Origin: the human T2T-CHM13v2.0 reference genome, Homo sapiens
Strand: one strand, 5' to 3'
DNA: 64,000 nucleotides
Assembly (NCBI RefSeq): GCF_009914755.1
Contig: NC_060941.1
Part shown: in pieces, positions 25,601-37,640 of the stretch
Position numbering within the stretch: the stretch's first letter is position 1
Layout: every line of letters begins with the position of its first letter
The notes under the pieces: generated by a model
Databases searched by the model: none
Seen by the model: the letters and a program-made list of their open reading frames with translations, nothing else
What the model was told of the DNA's origin: nothing
Translations under genes and position numbers: made by a program

Positions 25601-27984
25601 GGCACTACTGTAGGGCCTCTGTTCTCTGCTTCTCCCAGGGGCCTGGGGCCAAGGACACCCTCTCTCCCTCCTGCCCCCACCCTCTGTGAAGAAGGATGTT
25701 CTCAAGATAAAAATACCGTCAGAAACATTCCCTGGTGTTTGGTGTGACTGTCGTCCAGTCTGTGGGGCCAGAACCTTCTGACCTGGCCTCACCTCAGGGC
25801 TTAAGGGTGGACGTTTGCCTTTTCTGGCCGCTTGGTGCAGCCTCTTTCTGGGGTCCATATGTCCAGCCCCCATCTTTACGCCACGGAATGTGAGGGGTCA
25901 GTGTCACTCAAGGTTCCTGCAGCTTCCACTTTCTGAGCATCCTCTGTGGGCCGGGCGCATCCCGAGCATGGAACAGCGAGGCAGATCCTGCCCTTGTGCG
26001 TTTTGTGGCTCCTTGCGGGCCAGGGGGGCTTCTGAGGACATCCAGCAGGCCACAGGGAGGCTTGGGCACAGCCAGCTTTCCGTCCTGTTGGGAAGCCTGT
26101 TTCTGCTTTCAGTGCCCACGTGGTGTCAGGAACGCCGGTCACAGTGAACGCCTGCAGGACCCACACTGCTGCATCGTCTCTGTGGGACAGATACTGAAGC
26201 CAGGGCTTGGCTTACCCTCGTGACAGTCTCCCGAGGTGTGTGGGGTCTCCTCATTTTGCAGATGGGGAGTTTCAGGCCCCAGTGAGCTGGGGGGCTGCCA
26301 GGCCTCTCCAGGGAGGGTGACAGCTGCCACCTCCCAGAGACCCGCTGGGGCGAGGCCCAGTGCCCGGACTGCAGCTTCGTCACCACCTTCAATTTCATGG
26401 CACACCCTCTGAGAGGCCTGGCAGGCGACACCAGCCTCGTTTTTCAGAGGAAGCTGAGCCTCAGGAAGGGGAAGTGCCTTGCCCTGTTCCGTGGGGGATT
26501 TCAGCCCCAGCCTCAGCCCAGGCCCTGCCCTCCCCTGCGGGACGCTGTGGGCCAGCCCGGCCTGTTGGCCCTCAGTCGTGGTCATGGGGAAGCACTGCCC
26601 CTGCAGCCCACCTCCCCATCCAGGATTGTGACCATAACCCCGGGAAGCATTTGTGGGACTTGGCGGGGTGAGCTCACATGGCGGCTGCTGTGGCCCCTGC
26701 AGGTGGCGGGAGCTCTGGCCAGGGCATGTGGAAGGCTGGCTCCTGTTTGCAGGGTCCTGCCCTGCACTGTGACTTCAGGAAAGTCTCTTCTCTGCTCTAC
26801 GTCTCAGTACCCCTGTGTAGAATAGAGCTAATTTTGCCTTCCTCCTAGATAAGAACAAATCCAGCTGGATTTGTGGTCTGGGGAATGCCCCTTCCAGGTA
26901 GTAGGGAGTGAGGGACGAGGTTGGGAGAGCCTGCTGCAAGCCAGGTGACCAGCAGGACGTGGATAGGGGCTGCTGCCCACACTTCTGGCCCCCACCCCTG
27001 CTTGGCTTCCCATGGCCCTGTGGCAATATCCGACCTTCGCTGCTCAGAGTTCCAGCTCCAGGTGACTGGGCAGGTGACTTAGCTTCTCTCAGCCTCAGTT
27101 TTCCTATCTGTCCAGAGGGGAGAATTGTCCCTCCTCCAAGGCAGGGCTGTGAGCATCGGGATGACTGCAGCCAGCTGCCAAGCATGCAGGGCTTGCACAG
27201 TGTTGGCCCACTCGGGGAAAGGGGTGGACCCAAGTCCCTGCCGTGGAGGTCCCCAGCTGTGTGATGTTGGCTTGTGACAGAACCTCTCTGAACCTCTGCA
27301 GCTCATCCACCTGTCCATCCATCCACCCATCCATCTCTGAACCTCTGTGTCCCCATCAGTTTTGAGGATGGAATGGCTGAGAGAGGCAAAGTGTAGGCCT
27401 GTGGCTTCTGCTCCCAGAATGATGAGGGATGGGGAAGAAGGGGCTGGGGATTGGGGGACTTGGAGGGTGAAGAGGGACTGAAGGGCCACTAGAGACCAGG
27501 CAGGCCATCCCATTTCAGAACAAGCTGAGAGAGGGGAAGTGACTCACTCAAGGTCACACAGCTTATGAGGGGCAGAGCTGGGATTTGAATCTAGGTCTGT
27601 GTGCCTCTAAACCACTGTCACCTGTCCCAGGAGGCTAATGAGGTGGGGGTGACTTACCAACATTTGCCTTAATTCCAGCCAGAAAAACCAGTGTGACAAA
27701 CCAGCCTTGGCTGTAACCTTGGAAAGGGCAGGCCCCATGAACTCCCTGGCTGGGAGGTGCGGAGGTGAGAAGCATGTCAGGTGGCTCACCGTGGAGATCC
27801 TCAGAGCCCCTTCCCACCAACCTCTTCTCTGATTCTCACGGCACACTGGATAGGAAGGCAGGGGGATCCCTTTGACAGGTGGGGAAATTGCATCTTTGGG
27901 ATTGCAGGGACCATGTAGGATGTATGTGTACCCAAGGCAAATCTCTGGCAAATTACTGATGTGTGCCCATCCACGTAGTTAGCC

Positions 27985-28978
27985 ATGTGCCCACCTGCTC
28001 ATCCATCTAGTCATCTATCCTACTCGCCCAAACACCCTATCCATCCATCTACCCACTCATCACCCACCCTCACACCCATCCACCCATCCATCTATCCATC
28101 TACCCACCCATCCACCCACCCATCCATTCACCCATCTATCCATCCATCCACCCTTCCATCCCTCTATCCATTCATTTCTCTACCCACCCATACACTCATC
28201 CACCTGTCCATCTATCCACCCATCCACTCATCCACTCATTCACTCCACCCATCCATCACCCAACATTCCATCCATCCATCCATCCATGCACCCGTCACCC
28301 ATTCATCCATTAATCTGTTCATCCACCCACTCAACCATATACCCACCCATCCACCCAGCCATCCCTCTATCCATTCACTTCTTCACTCACCCATCCACTC
28401 ATTCACTCACCCATCCATCCACCCAATCATCTGCCCATCCATCCATCCCATTCGTCTATCCATCCATCCACCCACCCATTACCCATCCATCCATCCACCC
28501 ATCCATCCATCCATCCACCCATTCACCCACCTATCCCTCCATTCATTCATCTACCCATCCACTCAGTCACCCACCCATCTACCCTTCTGTTCATCCATCC
28601 ATCCAATCATCTACTTTCACACTTATCCATCCATCTATCCAACCATCCATCCATCCATCCATTCATCCATCCATCCATCCATCCATCCATCCTATTATCC
28701 ATTGATCCACTCATCCATTCACCCATTCATCCACTCATCCATCCTTCCTCCATACAGCCATCCACCCTCACACCCAACCACTCATTCACCCATCCATCCA
28801 TCCACCCACCCATGTATTCATTCATCCATCTACCCACTCATCCATTTATCCATCCACCTACCCATTCATCCCTGCATTCATTTATCCACCCACCCATCCA
28901 TCATCCATCCATCCATCCATCCATCCATCCATCCATCCATCCATCCACCCATTCATTCATCCACCCACCCAGCTATTC
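27985..28978 (+). repeat. About 1-kb degenerate (TCCA/CCAC)n simple repeat
   Basis: Continuous ccatccatccacccattcat... tract. It explains the 354-aa HPSI ORF. Confidence 0.97.
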
Positions 28979-29442
28979 ACAACTGGCTCCAAGGTTGGCG
29001 TTGGGAAGGCTCTGCAGGTGGTGGCTGGGAGTACAGGCTGAGGGCCTGAATTCCTTTGTGACAGTGGGAGAATTACCACATTAACTACTTCTCTGGAATA
29101 GTAACAACAATAGTTCCAACCTTGTGTAATTGTGAGGATTATGTGAGATGATGTATGTAAAATGCCTACTATAGTGTCTGGCATGCAATAGGCACTCAAT
29201 AATTGTCAGCGGTCATTTTTCTCTGACACCCCATCTTGTTCTGCTCTTCTCTGGTTCTGGATGGTTGCTATGCTGTGAAGGTGTGGGGCATCAAAGGTGC
29301 AGGCCAGAGGCCCTTCCACCTCCTGTGGGGCCCTGGGGAAGTGAGCAGAAATGTGGTTTCATGTGGTTATGTCTTACTTGTGAGCCCCTCTGAGAAGAGC
29401 AGCACCGCCTGCAGTAACTTGGCTTTACTCTTTTAACTTTAG

Positions 29443-29564
29443 GATGTTCTAGTGACTGGATCCTTTCCAGTTGGTGCCTGGGAAATGGCAGCCACTACTA
29501 ATTCAGCCTTGAAGACAGTACCGTGCCCACTCAGCACCATTACATAGAAGATAGAACTCAAGAG
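29443..29564 (+). other. KCNJ12: Non-coding 5' UTR exon (exon 2) of KCNJ12, 122 nt
   Basis: Acceptor ctttactcttttaactttAG|G (AG 29441-29442) and donor GAG|GTAAGA (GT 29565-29566). Size and position agree with my recollection of the three-exon KCNJ12 structure. Confidence 0.85.
29485..29547 (+). other. Upstream ORF, 20 codons (MAATTNSALKTVPCPLSTIT*), in the 5' UTR exon
   Basis: ATG 29485 in strong Kozak context gaaATGG (G at -3 and +4) and TAG 29545-29547. A minimal uORF ATG-TTC-TAG also lies at 29444-29452. Translation is not demonstrated. Confidence 0.6.
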
Positions 29565-29609
29565 GTAAGAGTGAAGTCATTGACATGCTCTTGTGCATCT
29601 AGGCATTCC

Positions 29610-29960
29610 TTCCACCAGACTCTCATCTGTACATCCTTCACCCCTCCACCCACCATGCCATCCTTTCATCACCCATTCCCCCACCCATTTATCTGCTCAG
29701 CCTTCCATCCACCCACCCATGCCTCCACCCCTCCATCCATCCCCTCGCCCATGCCATCCGTTCCTCACCCATTCCCCCACCCATTCATCTGCTCAACCAT
29801 CCATCCACCCATCCTTCCACCCACCTAGCCAGTCCATCTATCTGGTCACCCCTATCGTCCACCCACCCATCTGTCAACCCGATTTATCCACCCATCTGCC
29901 TGACCACCCACCTGTTGATTCAATCACTGTTCCACCCATCTCCTCATCCATCCCATTCAG
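29610..29960 (+). repeat. Second degenerate (CCAT/CCAC)n block with an internal about 96-bp duplication
   Basis: ccatgccatcc...cacccattcccccacccatt[t/c]atctgctca repeated near 29652 and 29748. Confidence 0.85.
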
Positions 29961-30324
29961 CTGCTTAGTCCTTCACCCTTCATCTGGCTGGAGCGCATTT
30001 CCTGGGTGCCCCTCTTTGCTATACCTGCATCAGCCTCTCTAGGCCTCTGAGCTTGGTCAGAGATGGGGCCTGGGCAAGATCAACTCTCACACAAGGTGGG
30101 AAGTAGCTTCTGGCCTGAACGGGAAAAGCCCAGTGCTAGAGGATCCTAAAGGGGGCCAGGGGAGGAGGAGGAGGTGGAGGAGGCAGAGGAGAAGGCGGCT
30201 CAGTATTGTGGGGCAGAAGGAGGAGGAGGAAGAGCAGGAGGAGACTTGGTGTGGGGCATCCAGGAGGGGAGGCCAGGGTTCAAGAGCCTTTGCTGTGGAG
30301 AGGCTACTGGAGACCCTATGAGGA

Positions 30325-30560
30325 AGGCCCAGGAGACAAAGGTTCCAGCGCAAGTAGTTTCCTGGGAGGTGATCCCAGGAAATAAGGAAATGAGGTGAGA
30401 AAGAGAAGGAAGTGATAAAGGGCATGTCATTGATACAGTTACTGCTGGGGCACTGGAGCCGACTCCCGCTGGGGAGGCCAGGGAAGCAGTGCCCCTCCCA
30501 GGGGCAGCTTGCTGGGGCCCAGCCACCTGCTCCCATCAGTCACTGACTGAAAGCTGTCCT
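30325..30560 (-). mobile_element. ERVL LTR fragment (LTR33-like)
   Basis: gagacaaaggttccagcgcaagtagtttcctgggaggtgatcccaggaa...cccgctgggga. Confidence 0.6.
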
Positions 30561-32935
30561 GGCAGCATCAGCTCCTCAGCCTGCCCTCTGAATGGCAGAG
30601 CGTGCCCATGGCTAGAGAGAGCTTTTGGGCAGAGAGACACTGTGGTTGGTGTAGGAATTGAGACAGGTGGGCCTGAGGTGGTAAGGGCCTAGGATATCAG
30701 TGGGGCACCCACCACCCCATGCCCTGCACACAGTGATGTGTTGCTGCTGCCTCTCTCCTCAGGCCTAGCCTGCATTTGGCATAGGAAGCCGTCATGGCAT
30801 TGGACCCAAATGTTTGAGGGCCATGGGTTAGCTTGGTGGACAGAGGTCAGCTGAGTCTCTGGTGGGGAGGTTTGGCCTGGAAAGGGGATTGGGTGTAAGA
30901 GGTCATCATCTTCTTCCCAGATTATGAGACATAGGAATGCCACCCACCACTCTCCCTCTCCCCTCCACACCAGCCTGGGTTCTCCCCCATCCAGCCAAGC
31001 TTCCTCACTGCCCCCAGGGTGCCCAGCACGTCTTTGCCTCCCACTCCTGGCTCTGGCAGTGTCCCCCAGGAGTGCCCCTCCTGGCTGCCTGTGCCCAGCC
31101 TAGCCTTGATGTGGTCCTATACCCTGGGCAGGGCCTGCCATGAGGGAGAGCCCCTAACCCTGCAGCCAGCCCTGCCTCTCACACCCTATGTGACGGAGCA
31201 AGGGCACCGGCTCAGAGCCTCAGTCTCCCCATCTGCAAAGGAAGGGCTGGGCTTTCCAGGCCCCAGTGCTGCATCTGATGAATGGTGCCTGGATTAGGAA
31301 AGATTCTGAGCTGCTCTGGATGCAGTGGATGAAGCTCTGTGGCTGAGGAATGGTGCTTGCCTGGGCGAGGCTGGAGCAGGCACCTTGGGCGGGGAGGCGT
31401 GCACCAGCCTTCCCTGCATTGAGTGATCTCCGAGGGGTCTTCCAACGGTGAGGCTTGATCATGAGGTAGAGTGCCCCATCTCCGAATGAGGGTGAGTGGC
31501 CGTGGGTTGGAGTGCTGGTGAGGGCCCTTGAACCTGTGCTTTTGAGTGCCGATTTGCAGCAGTCTACATCTCATCACCACCTGGGATTGCAGGGGCTTGG
31601 GACCAAAAGGATTGCAGTGCCACGCACACAGTCAGGCCTCAGGTCTTGGTGTTGTGGGGCACTGGTTTCACCCCTACAGCCCAGCCTGGAAGCTTCACTC
31701 CTGAAAGGCTGTGTAACCATCACAGTGACTCAATCTTCCTAGGCTTCCGTCTGCTCATCTGGAAAATGGGGATAATAATCACAGTGTGATGGAAGGGATT
31801 AAATGAATCAGTTTATTAAAGCTCTTAGAAGAGCACGTGGCAGGTAGTAAGCACTTGATAGATACTGAGTGCTGTGTTCGTGCCTCGTGAGGCGCCCCAG
31901 CTAGCTGAACAGTCTCTGCATGGGGGATGGGGGCTGTTGGCGCCTCCCCCTCCGAGTCCCTATGTCTTACCCTGGGTGATGCAGGCGCCTGCACTCTCCC
32001 TTCCGGTCAGTGCTTTCTTGGTGTCTGGGAATGTGGGTCCAGGCCTTGCCCTGAGCTCCTCCCGGATGTCACCGAAACCTGAGAAGCCCAGGGCCTCAGG
32101 GCAGTGGGCATGGGGCATCCAGTTCCATCCGGAAGCACCTCCCGGTGACTCCTGGACCCCACCCTTAGGTCACGTGGCAGCTGCCGTCTGGCATCCTCTC
32201 TAAAAGCTCCCAGCCCAGGTCCTGGTCTGTTCTTCAAGTGGACTGGTCGCTGGGAGGCTGCGTCTGTAGGCACTGTGGCCAGCAGGAAAGCAGGGATCTC
32301 CGGGGGTCTGCCGGGCCCGCGCTCTCTCCCCACTGCCTGCTCTCTCCCTCCTGGGTTTGCTTCACTGCCCCTTGGTGTTGAAACCGCCTTGTCTAGCTCA
32401 GGTAGTGTACCCCAGCGCCCCTCTCCCATTCCCCTCCCGGCGACCCTGGGACCCTGGCAGGCCAACCTGGGTGTCTGCGGAAAACGGTCCTACCTTTAGT
32501 AGTGAGCACCTTGTCTTGGCCCTTGAATTGCTTTGTGACCTGGGACAAGTCTCTTTTTCTTTTTGGACTTGGTTCTCCCATCTGTGAAATGGGGAGCCAG
32601 CCTTCTTGCTTGCTAAGGCCTCTTCCAGCAAAACAGTTTCTCTGATTTCATGTCTTGTCTGATTTCACTGTATGCACCCCATTGAGCAAGAGCCAAAAAG
32701 GCCTGTGTGTCCCTGGTGGAGGATATTGTCCTATATTTCTTATATTGCGACCTTGAAGGCCGCATGGTTGTGTAACATCTTGCCACACCTGTGTTTACGC
32801 AGGAGTGTTCTTGAGACATTGTCTAGCTTGTGGTGCTAGGGTTTCTATGCCAGGGTCCCCTTCTGGGTCTGTCTTTGTGGTGCTGTATTCACCAAGGGCC
32901 CAGTGAGGGGGCTCCCAGCACCCCTGGGGAGGGTT

Positions 32936-32967
<32 letters not shown>

Positions 32968-32975
32968 GCACACAC
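32936..32975. repeat. (CT)n(CA)n compound microsatellite
   Basis: Direct reading. Confidence 0.93.
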
Positions 32976-35131
32976 GGCAGAGCAGGGCTGTGTGAGGCTG
33001 AGGACTGACATTCTGGGCTCCAACTCTCTCTTCTGCTCAGTTTCCAGGGGTCCTGGGACAGGTGTCTTTGTCAGTTTTTGGCTCTGAGAAATGAGGGAGT
33101 GGGGCATGAACTTGACCTTGTTGATGCTCTCTGTGTGGTAAAACCACGCAGAGAGGAACGTCGACAGAAGTGGGGGTTTCCAAGCCTGTATGACACCATC
33201 TGGGCAGGTCTGGGGTGCCCAGCCCTGGCAGAGATGCCAGGAGCTGTGGCAGCACCCTCACCAGTCTGGTAGTTGGCCAGTTTCGAGGCCGCCAGCTGCT
33301 GGGAGCACATGCAGACCGGGCTCTCTGGCCTTTAATTCTTGTGATTCTGTTCCTTGCAGGCTTTGAGCTGCTCGGAGCAGGGGCTGGAGCAGCCATGACC
33401 CGCTGGAAGTCCCTCAAGGCCCCTGGGCCACACAAATCCAGCCCCTGTCAGCTGGTGGCCTCACGCCGGCGTCTGAGTGCCCCGGCCCTGGCTGCCTCTT
33501 TCTGGAGGGTCCAGGAATCTGGGGCTGAGCCCCCTTCCCAGCACAGCCTCAGGGGTCCCCCCTGCTGCCGGCTCCCTACTTCCAGGCCCAGGCAGAAGCA
33601 GTGTCCACCATTCCGGCCCTGCGTCCCAGCTCCTCAGCGTCATGGTGAGGTGGTCAGCCACAGCGGTGTTGGGGGAGGACGGCAGAGTAAGGAAAGGCAT
33701 CCCTGCAGAGCTTGGGGGCCCATGGTGGGGGACGGCGCTAGAGGTGGTTTAAAACTCAACTCTCCTGCTTAATGGCTGTGTGGCCTGGGGGAAGTCACTT
33801 AACTTCTCTGAACCTGGATGGTGGCTGCACCCCCGGGTTGTTGAGAGGACGATCTGAGGGCAGCTGTTGATGGATCTGTCCCCCAAGGCGCCCAGGACCC
33901 CGCCTGCTCTCCCTGTGTCTCTCTTAGGCGGCAGTTGCTCTGTGCTGCTCGGACCAGCGGGCTCGGGGCTAAGCAACCAGGCAGCCCCTGGGAGTGTTCC
34001 ACAGCCTGGCCGGGCAGGCGGCTCCACCATCACCTGTTGCTCAGGTGTTTGGAGCAGAGCTCAGAGGCCGCGCCCGCTCCGAGGCCCAGACTAGTGTGGA
34101 CGTGGCCAGAAGCTGGGTCACACAGACCGGGGCTGAGTCCTGGCATTGCTGCCTCCTGCCTATGGGACTGGGACAAGTCCATTCTGGCTTCTGGGCCTCC
34201 AGGTCCTTGTTTGTAAAGCAGGGTGGCCCACCCCTCCCTGGAGGGCTTGAGAGGCCTGCAGAAGGCTGTGTGCAGCGCCTGGTTCACAGTGGTGCCATCC
34301 CCCCAGGATGTTCTCTTGGGGCCTCAGTGTCTTCGTAACTGAGTAATGTGGCTGCAGGTGTGCTAAGGGAGAAGGCTTTGTCTAGCTCTGAGGTTATGGT
34401 GTGACTGGACTGGGACTGGGGGTGCTGGGTCCCTGTGGGCGGGGAGGGGTGGGCCTGTCCAGCTCCTCCGTCGGGGCTAATGCTGGAAGGCCCAGGTCTC
34501 CCTGCTTCCAGCCTAGCCCAGCCAAGGCAGGCTGCCATCCAGATGTGGCTGTGGGCCAGGCGGTGCCATAGCCCCTAGCTTGCAGATGCCCTAGCCTGTC
34601 ACTGACAGGCCAGTGTGGGGCCTTTAGTGGGGGCAGCACAGCCTGTGTGTCCCGGGGGTGGGCACGTCAGTGGCTGAGAGCAGGCTTTGTTCTGGCTGGC
34701 ATGGATGCCCTGCTGCGGGGCCTGTCCTGGGGTGCCTGAATGTGCAGTAGGCTGGCCTGGAGCCAGGTGCTGCCTGCAGTGAGCTGAGGGTGGTGCTGGG
34801 AACAGGTGACACCCCTGAGCACTGCCCAGGTGCTAGGGTAGCAGCCTTGCAATCTTCCTTAGAGATGCGGGAAGCAGGGGCTGGGGAGGGCCCTCGGCTG
34901 AGGTCAGCCAGGGAGCAGCCCATGTCTGGGTGCCAGATCTTACCCTCTTTGGCACTGCTGGTGACCAAGAAGCTGCAAGCATGGCATGTGGGTGGACACT
35001 GTAGAGTGGGGCATGTGGGTGTCAGGAGGGTGGTGGGACCCAGCTTGGGGTGTTCAAAGTGGGTGGCGACAGGGGTGGCAGGCCGCATTCTAGGCCCTGG
35101 GAAGGACAACAAGAAGCAAAAGAGAAAACGT

Positions 35132-35460
<329 letters not shown>

Positions 35461-36229
35461 TCAGGGTGGGGTTGATGGTTGAGTGCCCCTGGCTACGTTA
35501 TTGTTATTGCTGCCGCCATTGTGCCCTTAGAAGGGGCAGTGCTGTGGATATAGCAGGGATGGGACATGGGTCTTCCTGGGGCACAAGGAGGCCTCTGGTG
35601 CCAAGGTGGCGAGGCAGTGGCAGGATGTCTTGCGGGAGGGTGTCCAGGGTGGGTTTGAGGGACAGCCTGGGGCCAGGGGCTGTGGCCGGAAGGGGAGTCC
35701 GCTGGAGGAGGCTGGGAGGTGAGGTCCGAGGGGTCAGGAGCTTCCCTGTGCAGGTCCTGCATGTCCTGGGGGGCCTCTGGCATTGAGCAGGGGAGGGATA
35801 GGCACCGACTCAGCTTCCACAGGCCCTCTGTGGCTGCCATGGAGACTGGGGGGCCATGGGCAGAGGCAGAGAGGCTGGCAAGTTGTGCCCCGAACTGGCT
35901 GGGCAGGCACTGTTAGATTCAGGCCTTGAGGGTGGGAGAAGGGGTCGGATCCTAAATAGACTCTTCAGAGCCCTCAGTGTGGGAGTGAGGTGTGGAGCTG
36001 AGGTTTTTGGCTGGAGCTGCTGGGGGCCCGAAGGGGGTGGCCATTCGCACTGGGAAGGCGGAGTGGGGAGCTGGCTTGGGCAAGACCAGAGCACGATCGT
36101 GGGTCAATCAGGGTGGAAGCGTCCTCCAGTCACGTCTGGGGGCCCTGGGATGGGGGTAGAGGAGCCCGGAGCCACCAGCCCAGCCAGACATGCTGTCGTC
36201 TCTGTTGCAGGAGCCGCCCTGCCTGGAGC

Positions 36230-37640
36230 TAGCCTGGGGGCGAGCCAGGGTCCCCCAACCCCCGGGATGACCGCGGCCAGCCGGGCCAACCCCTACAGCA
36301 TCGTGTCATCGGAGGAGGACGGGCTGCACCTGGTCACCATGTCGGGCGCCAACGGCTTCGGCAACGGCAAGGTGCACACGCGGCGCAGGTGCCGCAACCG
36401 CTTCGTCAAGAAGAATGGCCAGTGCAACATTGAGTTCGCCAACATGGACGAGAAGTCACAGCGCTACCTGGCTGACATGTTCACCACCTGTGTGGACATC
36501 CGCTGGCGGTACATGCTGCTCATCTTCTCGCTGGCCTTCCTTGCCTCCTGGCTGCTGTTCGGCATCATCTTCTGGGTCATCGCGGTGGCACACGGTGACC
36601 TGGAGCCGGCTGAGGGCCGGGGCCGCACACCCTGTGTGATGCAGGTGCACGGCTTCATGGCGGCCTTCCTCTTCTCCATCGAGACGCAGACCACCATCGG
36701 CTACGGGCTGCGCTGTGTGACGGAGGAGTGCCCGGTGGCCGTCTTCATGGTGGTGGCCCAGTCCATCGTGGGCTGCATCATCGACTCCTTCATGATTGGT
36801 GCCATCATGGCCAAGATGGCAAGGCCCAAGAAGCGGGCACAGACGCTGCTGTTCAGCCACAACGCCGTGGTGGCCCTGCGTGACGGCAAGCTCTGCCTCA
36901 TGTGGCGTGTGGGTAACCTGCGCAAGAGCCACATTGTGGAGGCCCATGTGCGCGCGCAGCTCATCAAGCCGCGGGTCACCGAGGAGGGCGAGTACATCCC
37001 GCTGGACCAGATCGACATCGATGTGGGCTTCGACAAGGGCCTGGACCGCATCTTTCTGGTGTCGCCCATCACCATCTTGCATGAGATTGACGAGGCCAGC
37101 CCGCTCTTCGGCATCAGCCGGCAGGACCTGGAGACGGACGACTTTGAGATCGTGGTCATCCTGGAAGGCATGGTGGAGGCCACAGCCATGACCACCCAGG
37201 CCCGCAGCTCCTACCTGGCCAATGAGATCCTGTGGGGTCACCGCTTTGAGCCCGTGCTCTTCGAGGAGAAGAACCAGTACAAGATTGACTACTCGCACTT
37301 CCACAAGACCTATGAGGTGCCCTCTACGCCCCGCTGCAGTGCGAAGGATCTGGTAGAGAACAAGTTCCTGCTGCCCAGCGCCAACTCCTTCTGCTACGAG
37401 AACGAGCTGGCCTTCCTGAGCCGTGACGAGGAGGATGAGGCGGACGGAGACCAGGACGGCCGAAGCCGGGACGGCCTCAGCCCCCAGGCCAGGCATGACT
37501 TTGACAGACTCCAGGCTGGCGGCGGGGTCCTGGAGCAGCGGCCCTACAGACGGGAGTCAGAGATCTGAGCCAACCTTGGCCGACATGCAGCATCCACCCC
37601 CGGCTGGGGAGAGGCCCCGCGGTCGCTCAGGGGCCCCGGG
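36230..37640. other. CpG-dense intragenic segment coinciding with the coding region
   Basis: Visibly much higher CG dinucleotide frequency than the flanking intron or UTR, with GC3-rich codons. Not computed. Confidence 0.6.
36267..37568 (+). CDS. KCNJ12: Inward rectifier potassium channel Kir2.2, 433 aa, single coding exon
   Basis: Translation [15 protein letters not shown]...RRESEI. TIGYG selectivity filter (T143-G147, nt 36693-36707), two hydrophobic TM segments, rectification residue D173, FCYENE ER-export motif and C-terminal SEI PDZ ligand. S15/E56/I100/R118/P156/E430 match Kir2.2 as I recall it, not Kir2.6. The ATG at 36267 lies 56 nt after the splice acceptor, and an in-frame TAG in the upstream exon (29552-29554) closes the frame in the spliced mRNA. 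Confidence 0.96.
   Translation: MTAASRANPYSIVSSEEDGLHLVTMSGANGFGNGKVHTRRRCRNRFVKKNGQCNIEFANMDEKSQRYLADMFTTCVDIRWRYMLLIFSLAFLASWLLFGIIFWVIAVAHGDLEPAEGRGRTPCVMQVHGFMAAFLFSIETQTTIGYGLRCVTEECPVAVFMVVAQSIVGCIIDSFMIGAIMAKMARPKKRAQTLLFSHNAVVALRDGKLCLMWRVGNLRKSHIVEAHVRAQLIKPRVTEEGEYIPLDQIDIDVGFDKGLDRIFLVSPITILHEIDEASPLFGISRQDLETDDFEIVVILEGMVEATAMTTQARSSYLANEILWGHRFEPVLFEEKNQYKIDYSHFHKTYEVPSTPRCSAKDLVENKFLLPSANSFCYENELAFLSRDEEDEADGDQDGRSRDGLSPQARHDFDRLQAGGGVLEQRPYRRESEI

Noticed and set aside
27985-29049. 354-aa His/Pro/Ser/Ile-rich ORF
   Set aside because: Translation of a (CCAT)n simple repeat that lacks stop codons by composition.
36456-37496. 346-aa antisense ORF (and other overlapping ORFs) over KCNJ12
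   Set aside because: Shadow ORF expected from the GC3-rich codon usage of the sense CDS; no recognisable domain.
35856-37568. 570-aa ORF as the true protein
   Set aside because: The first 355 nt lie upstream of a good splice acceptor (36210), and the known Kir2.2 N-terminus begins at 36267. Kept only as a low-interest finding.
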